A stretch of DNA of 64,000 nucleotides, taken from IMG/VR virus record IMGVR_UViG_3300030000_000004. One strand, 5' to 3'. A program made the translations under genes and the position numbers. This stretch comes from an uncultured virus (IMG/VR IMGVR_UViG_3300030000_000004). Lineage: Duplodnaviria > Heunggongvirae > Uroviricota > Caudoviricetes. Of the stretch, positions 59,326-64,000 are shown piece after piece (the first letter of the stretch is position 1; every line of letters begins with the position of its first letter). The notes below the pieces were generated by a model that searched no databases, was not told the origin of the DNA, and saw only the letters and a list, made by a program, of their open reading frames with translations.

Positions 59326-60168
59326 ATGTTAATGCAAGATTTACTACAGCTTAAAGAAGCTAACGATAAAAAAATCTATCTTCAATTCCCAGGTGGTGAT
59401 AATCACTCTGGTCCATTCAAGTCTGAAGAAGAAGCAGAACAAAAATTAGACAAACTTCTTTCACGTGCAAAATCACAAGGCTACGATCAAGAAGAAATTG
59501 ACAATTTGAAATCATTGAAGATCGTTACTGAAGCTAAGGTTACTGGAGATTCATTTAGAGTGTCTTGGACTGGTTATGGACGTAAGGCCCCAAAGACTGT
59601 TGATGCTTCATTCTTTGATGATAATGGTTTTAGTGCTAAAGCTAAAAAAGCTATTTTGGCTTTAAAGGTTAATGATGAATGGACAGATGGTGGTTCAACT
59701 GACAGTGTAACTGTTAGAAAAATAAAAGCGGGTAAAATCACTGAATCAGCCGATAGTGACAAAGATGCTATCATTTTGAAAATTGCTAAAAAATATTTTG
59801 ATGTTGATACATTGGCTACAAGAAAATCAGATGCATACGATTTCTATGATATCGCTGTTTGGTCTATGAAATCAGCTCTTGAAGCTGCATACAAAGCCGG
59901 CGCAGCATCTAAGTCTTTAAAAGAAGGTAAAGAGTATGAAGATTCATCTGACTTTGAAAGTGCCGCAAGTAAAATTGGAGATGCATTTAAGAAGCTTAAG
60001 AAAGAATTAGGATCTGAAGAAATTAAAGATTGGATGAAACAGACAGATAGCAATTTTGGTGGTAATTATCGTTTTGCTACTAGAATTGAATCAATCAACG
60101 CAGCAGTTAAAAAGTCAGATAAAGATTTTGATGCTTTATATAGCGATTTGGTTAAAGTTTCAGAATAA
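59326..60168 (+). CDS. internal head polyprotein including a DUF6900-like module
   Basis: Modules separated by LKEA, VTEA, ITES, LKEG; DTLATRKSDAYDFYDIAVWSMKSALEAAYKAG. Confidence 0.65.
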   Translation: MLMQDLLQLKEANDKKIYLQFPGGDNHSGPFKSEEEAEQKLDKLLSRAKSQGYDQEEIDNLKSLKIVTEAKVTGDSFRVSWTGYGRKAPKTVDASFFDDNGFSAKAKKAILALKVNDEWTDGGSTDSVTVRKIKAGKITESADSDKDAIILKIAKKYFDVDTLATRKSDAYDFYDIAVWSMKSALEAAYKAGAASKSLKEGKEYEDSSDFESAASKIGDAFKKLKKELGSEEIKDWMKQTDSNFGGNYRFATRIESINAAVKKSDKDFDALYSDLVKVSE

Positions 60169-60180
60169 CTAGGACTCAAT

Positions 60181-61023
60181 ATGAATGAACAATTAAGACT
60201 AAGACAATTAGCAGGACTTTCAACTGATCGTGCTGTTATGGAAGCAGGAAAAGACAAATTTATTTCTTCAGTAAAGGTTAAAGTTGAACCACCTGAAGGT
60301 TTATTTGCTAAAGAATCAAAAGCAAAGATTGTTAAATGGTTAAAAACAAATCATACTGATCTTCAAAGTGCAATGTCTTCATTAAATTTCTATATCAATA
60401 GGGCTGGTAAAAATTTAGATGCAGATAGAAAGGCAGAATTAGAATCAGCAAAAGATGATCTTAGAGCTGCATTTAATGTAAAGGAATCTTTTGATGCGAA
60501 TGCATTCAGACGGATGGCCGGACTCCCACAGATAAATATAAGAGAAGAAGATGCTGCTCCTGAAGCAAGTGATACTCCTTCTCCAGACGAATCAACTCCC
60601 CCTGCCGATAGTGATACTCCACCTGCTGAAGATGAGGAAGAAACATTACCAGCTATTATCAAGAAGATTGCTAAATCAATCCAAGGTAAAGAAGGTGAAG
60701 AACTTGAAGCTGCACTAATGAAAGTCTATGATGCTGGTGTTACCGATGGTAAGAAACAAGCTGAAGAAGACAAAGAAACTCCACCAGAAGATGGTGCCCC
60801 AGAAGGCGAAACTGCAGAACCAGAACCAGAAGATGAAGTTACTGAAGGTGTCAAAGTAATTTTGAAGGGTGGCAGTATTGGATCCAAACCTAGTGTAGGT
60901 AAAGAATTTACCGGTGATGATGCAGATACAAAAGCAAAAGAATATGCTGCTAGAATGAATAAAATTCTATCACCTGGCGAAAAATCATACTACAAAATGA
61001 AATATGTGGTTGTGAAAACCTAA
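60181..61023 (+). CDS. internal head polyprotein including a DUF3175-like module
   Basis: RLRQLAGL; VMEA, VKES, IREE, VTEG; SAMSSLNFYINRAGKNL...LESAKDDLRAAF. Confidence 0.65.
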   Translation: MNEQLRLRQLAGLSTDRAVMEAGKDKFISSVKVKVEPPEGLFAKESKAKIVKWLKTNHTDLQSAMSSLNFYINRAGKNLDADRKAELESAKDDLRAAFNVKESFDANAFRRMAGLPQINIREEDAAPEASDTPSPDESTPPADSDTPPAEDEEETLPAIIKKIAKSIQGKEGEELEAALMKVYDAGVTDGKKQAEEDKETPPEDGAPEGETAEPEPEDEVTEGVKVILKGGSIGSKPSVGKEFTGDDADTKAKEYAARMNKILSPGEKSYYKMKYVVVKT

Positions 61024-61039
61024 ATGACTAGGACAAATA

Positions 61040-61420
61040 ATGTCAAAAGAACTACTAAAAGCGATGTTGAACAACTTGATCAATGATCACCAGGAAGCAG
61101 CAACTCTTGATTTGCACTCATATTTTGTTGCCAAGATGTCGAAACTTTCAGAAGCCCAAGGGGCTGATGGTAAGAAGCCTCCAAAGATTAGTATTGAAGT
61201 TGATAAGAAGTCCAGAACATTAAGTGGATCGGTTTGGTTAGATGTCAAATCAGTATCAGAGTTTAAGAAAATCTTTTCTGATGAACATCCTTGGTCAAAT
61301 GATCTTAATGCGAAACTTAAACCTTACAATTTATCATTCCGCGATATCACAGATTATGAAATTGATCCTTGGAATGAAGGATATGAAATGGAATTTGAAG
61401 TTAAATATAAAACTAAGTGA
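61040..61420 (+). CDS. prohead core-like leader fused to an unknown domain
   Basis: N-terminal ~35 aa paralogous to ORF 61493, then LSEA. Confidence 0.65.
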   Translation: MSKELLKAMLNNLINDHQEAATLDLHSYFVAKMSKLSEAQGADGKKPPKISIEVDKKSRTLSGSVWLDVKSVSEFKKIFSDEHPWSNDLNAKLKPYNLSFRDITDYEIDPWNEGYEMEFEVKYKTK

Positions 61421-61492
61421 CAATTAAACAAAACCGAATTGGGAGCCGGTAGCTCCCTCCAACCAATGGCTCATAGCCTAAGGAGATAATAT

Positions 61493-61669
61493 ATGGACAA
61501 AAGAGAAGCACTTAAATCAATGTTAAATGCATTGATCAATGATAATCAAGAACAGGCAGCACTTGACCTTCATGGATATCTAGCTGCAAAAATGCAAGAT
61601 GTTGCAGGTTTGACTCAACAAGCTCCAGAAGATGCATCTGAAACTGTTGATGAAATAACACAAGACTAA
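61493..61669 (+). CDS. small acidic prohead core protein (58 aa; not in the ORF track)
   Basis: TAAGGAG RBS; MDKREALKSMLNALINDNQEQAALDLHGYLAAKMQDVAGL...; upstream of the scaffold gene. Confidence 0.75.
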   Translation: MDKREALKSMLNALINDNQEQAALDLHGYLAAKMQDVAGLTQQAPEDASETVDEITQD

Positions 61670-61734
61670 TTTGTACGTTTTTACTTTGAAAGCATTGAAA
61701 AGTGCTTGATTTTTCACGAATTTTTACGTAACTG

Positions 61735-61742
61735 TATAAATA
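61735..61742 (+). promoter_or_regulatory. T4-type late promoter for scaffold/capsid genes
   Basis: TATAAATA about 120 nt upstream of gp22. Confidence 0.8.
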
Positions 61743-61864
61743 AAAATGTACGTTTAACGCAGGATCATAAAAATTTTAATTTTTGTGCATCACGTCAAAG
61801 TTCAAAGCCATTAAAGACGGCTAAATTCCCAGTCTTTAATTCCCATAAAATAAGGAGAAACTGA

Positions 61865-62749
61865 ATGGACGAAATCCTACAGAAATTGCTAAATTCTGAG
61901 CTTTTAAGCGAAGATGCTAGAGCAGAAATCTCTACTCAATTTACAACTTTAGTTGAAGAGTATAAATCTACTGTTCGCGAAGATGTAACATTGCAAGTTA
62001 GAGGTGAGATTGCTGAACAATGGGCCAACGAACGCGACAGCTTAATTGAAAACGTCGAGAAATTTGTTGCAACTACACTCACTGAAGAAATAGCCGATTT
62101 GAAGGCAGACATTGAACGTTTCCGTGATCTTGAAGCAGAACATGCTGAGAAGATTGTTGAAGCTAAACACTCAATGGCTGAAACTCTTTCAGAAGAACTT
62201 GATCAACTTGTTGACAAAATGGACGCATTCTTTGATTTGCGTTTGTCAGAAGAATTCAAAGAACTTCGTGAAGACCTTGAAGTTGTTAAACAAAATGAAT
62301 TCGGACGTAAAATCTTCGAAGCATTTGCTACTGAATTTAATGGTGCACATGTTGACGAAGACTCGATTCAATCTAAGCTTCAAGCCGCAGTTGCTAAGTT
62401 AACTGATGCAGAAGGAACTATTGCTCAGCTTGAAGAATCTCAAGCTAAGATGGTTCGTGAATCAAGATTAGACAAAATACTTGCTCCTCTTAATGGAAAG
62501 AAACGTGAACAAATGTCCTTTGTTCTTCAAAACGTTGAAACTTCCCGTCTAGAAGAAGCATATAACCACTTCATCGGTCGTGTTCTTAAGGAAGATTCTT
62601 CCGAAGTACGTCCTGAAGCAGATGCAAAAACCCAACCTTTGGTTGAGTCCGTTGTAGTAACTGGTAATGAACAGACAGCTGTTCAGCCTGTAGTAACCGA
62701 AGCTGGCGATAAGTATTCTCAATTGAGAAAACTTGCTGGTATGAATTAA
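61865..62749 (+). CDS. gp22: prohead core scaffold protein (T4 gp22-like)
   Basis: Acidic coiled coil, NEFGRKIFEAF, C-terminal LRKLAGM; directly before the major capsid gene. Confidence 0.9.
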   Translation: MDEILQKLLNSELLSEDARAEISTQFTTLVEEYKSTVREDVTLQVRGEIAEQWANERDSLIENVEKFVATTLTEEIADLKADIERFRDLEAEHAEKIVEAKHSMAETLSEELDQLVDKMDAFFDLRLSEEFKELREDLEVVKQNEFGRKIFEAFATEFNGAHVDEDSIQSKLQAAVAKLTDAEGTIAQLEESQAKMVRESRLDKILAPLNGKKREQMSFVLQNVETSRLEEAYNHFIGRVLKEDSSEVRPEADAKTQPLVESVVVTGNEQTAVQPVVTEAGDKYSQLRKLAGMN

Positions 62750-62770
62750 TAAGTCCTAAGGAGAATATCA

Positions 62771-64000
62771 ATGGAACTATATGAAAACTGGCAAGAAGCC
62801 AAAGAGACCCTTCTTGAAGGGCTACCAGAAAGCAAGAAAAAGATCTTAGCTCCGGTTCTTGAAAACACCATGCAACACTTGCAGGAAACTGCTTCTGCTG
62901 GTACTCAAACTGCAGGCTCAATCGGAAACTTCCAAAAGATCGTTATCCCTATGATCCGTCGTATTATCCCTGGCACTATTGCTACGGAATTGGTCGGTGT
63001 TCAACCTATGTCCGGTCCAGTTGGACTTGTTTACTCAATGCGTTTCTTGTACGCTGAAGCAGTTACTGCTACAGCCGCTTCAGGTTCCTTTGATGCAGGC
63101 GTCAACCAAGATATTTCTGTAGGTACTGAACTTTGGGCTAACAACAGCAAGACAAAACGTTTCTATTCCTCTTCTGACGCTTCAGCACCTGCTGGCGGTC
63201 CAGCTGCTGGAACTTCTACCGGTTTCGCATCTGCAACAGCAGACTATGAAGCATTTGGTGGTCGTAAAATGACTCTTGAAGTCTTGAAACAAACTGTTAC
63301 CGCTGGATCACGTAAGTTGCAAGCTACTTGGACTCCTGAATCCATGCAAGACTTGAAGGCTTCCCACGGTCTTGACATCGAAGCTGAAATTACAGCATCT
63401 CTTTCCGCAGCAGTCGTTTCTGAAATCGACAATGAATTGATCAATGACTTGGTTGCCCTTGCAGGTACCACCGAATCATTCGACATGGCAGGTACCTTCA
63501 CCGGTGTTCCTAACTATGTTGGTGATCGTCATGCTGTTCTTGGTATCCTTATTAATAAGGTTGCTAACGAAATCGCTCGTAAGACCCGCCGTGGTCAAGC
63601 AAACTGGATCGTGGTTTCCCCATTGGTCGTATCAGTATTGCAATCAGCTGCTAAGTCTGTGTTCGCACCAGCAGTTGCCGGTTCATTCGAAGGTCCTAAC
63701 AACACTAAGCTTGTTGGTACATTGAATGGTTCTATCAAGGTTTACACCTACATCTATCACGATCAAGGTACTGAACCAATCTTGTTAGGTTTCAAAGGCG
63801 GATCTGGTGAAATGGACAGCGGTTACTTCTACTGCCCATACGTACCATTGATGAGCTCTGGTGTTGTTGTATCACCTGATACATTCAACCCACACGTATC
63901 CTTGGCAACAAGATACGGTAAGGCTACCTTTACTAACACTGGAACTTCCCTTGGGAACAGCGCAGACTACTACGGTCGCATAAGTGTAGCAAATCTTTCA
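62771..64000 (+). CDS. gp23: major capsid protein (T4 gp23-like), 3'-truncated by the window; not in the ORF track
   Basis: TAAGGAG + ATG at 62771; IPMIRRIIPGTIATELVGVQPMSGPVGL, VTAGSRKLQATWTPE, IARKTRRGQANW, YCPYVPL, TRYG. Confidence 0.97.
   Translation, partial: MELYENWQEAKETLLEGLPESKKKILAPVLENTMQHLQETASAGTQTAGSIGNFQKIVIPMIRRIIPGTIATELVGVQPMSGPVGLVYSMRFLYAEAVTATAASGSFDAGVNQDISVGTELWANNSKTKRFYSSSDASAPAGGPAAGTSTGFASATADYEAFGGRKMTLEVLKQTVTAGSRKLQATWTPESMQDLKASHGLDIEAEITASLSAAVVSEIDNELINDLVALAGTTESFDMAGTFTGVPNYVGDRHAVLGILINKVANEIARKTRRGQANWIVVSPLVVSVLQSAAKSVFAPAVAGSFEGPNNTKLVGTLNGSIKVYTYIYHDQGTEPILLGFKGGSGEMDSGYFYCPYVPLMSSGVVVSPDTFNPHVSLATRYGKATFTNTGTSLGNSADYYGRISVANLS

Overview
64 kb of an AT-rich, gene-dense genome from a large T4-superfamily (probably jumbo) myophage. 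It uses the standard genetic code, and spanins plus a sigma70-type promoter point to a Gram-negative host. Layout: (+) RNase H, primase, DnaB-like helicase and a late cluster with an 1100-aa nucleotidyltransferase-like polyprotein; (-) a ~31 kb block of baseplate, fibre, spanin and muralytic genes; (+) gp55 late sigma, gp47/gp46, a resolvase and accessory genes; (-) a gp26-like chaperone pair; (+) tape measure, portal, prohead protease, internal head proteins, scaffold and major capsid protein (cut by the window end). T4-type late promoters (TATAAATA) recur. Best leads: (1) an apparent capsid cargo-loading system, with polyproteins of small domains separated by prohead-protease-type [ILV]-x-E sites, a scaffold-like R-x-[LM]-A-G tag, and a cargo carrying the ligase-type nucleotidyltransferase motif series; (2) two predicted -1 ribosomal frameshifts; (3) several apparently inactivated enzymes (terminase ATPase, 2OG-Fe oxygenase, retropepsin); (4) a minimal PolA-like protein and a possible RuvC-less TnpB derivative; (5) late promoters embedded in inverted repeats. 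All family and DUF assignments come from motifs recognised by eye; no searches were run. No tRNA, rRNA or CRISPR array was seen.
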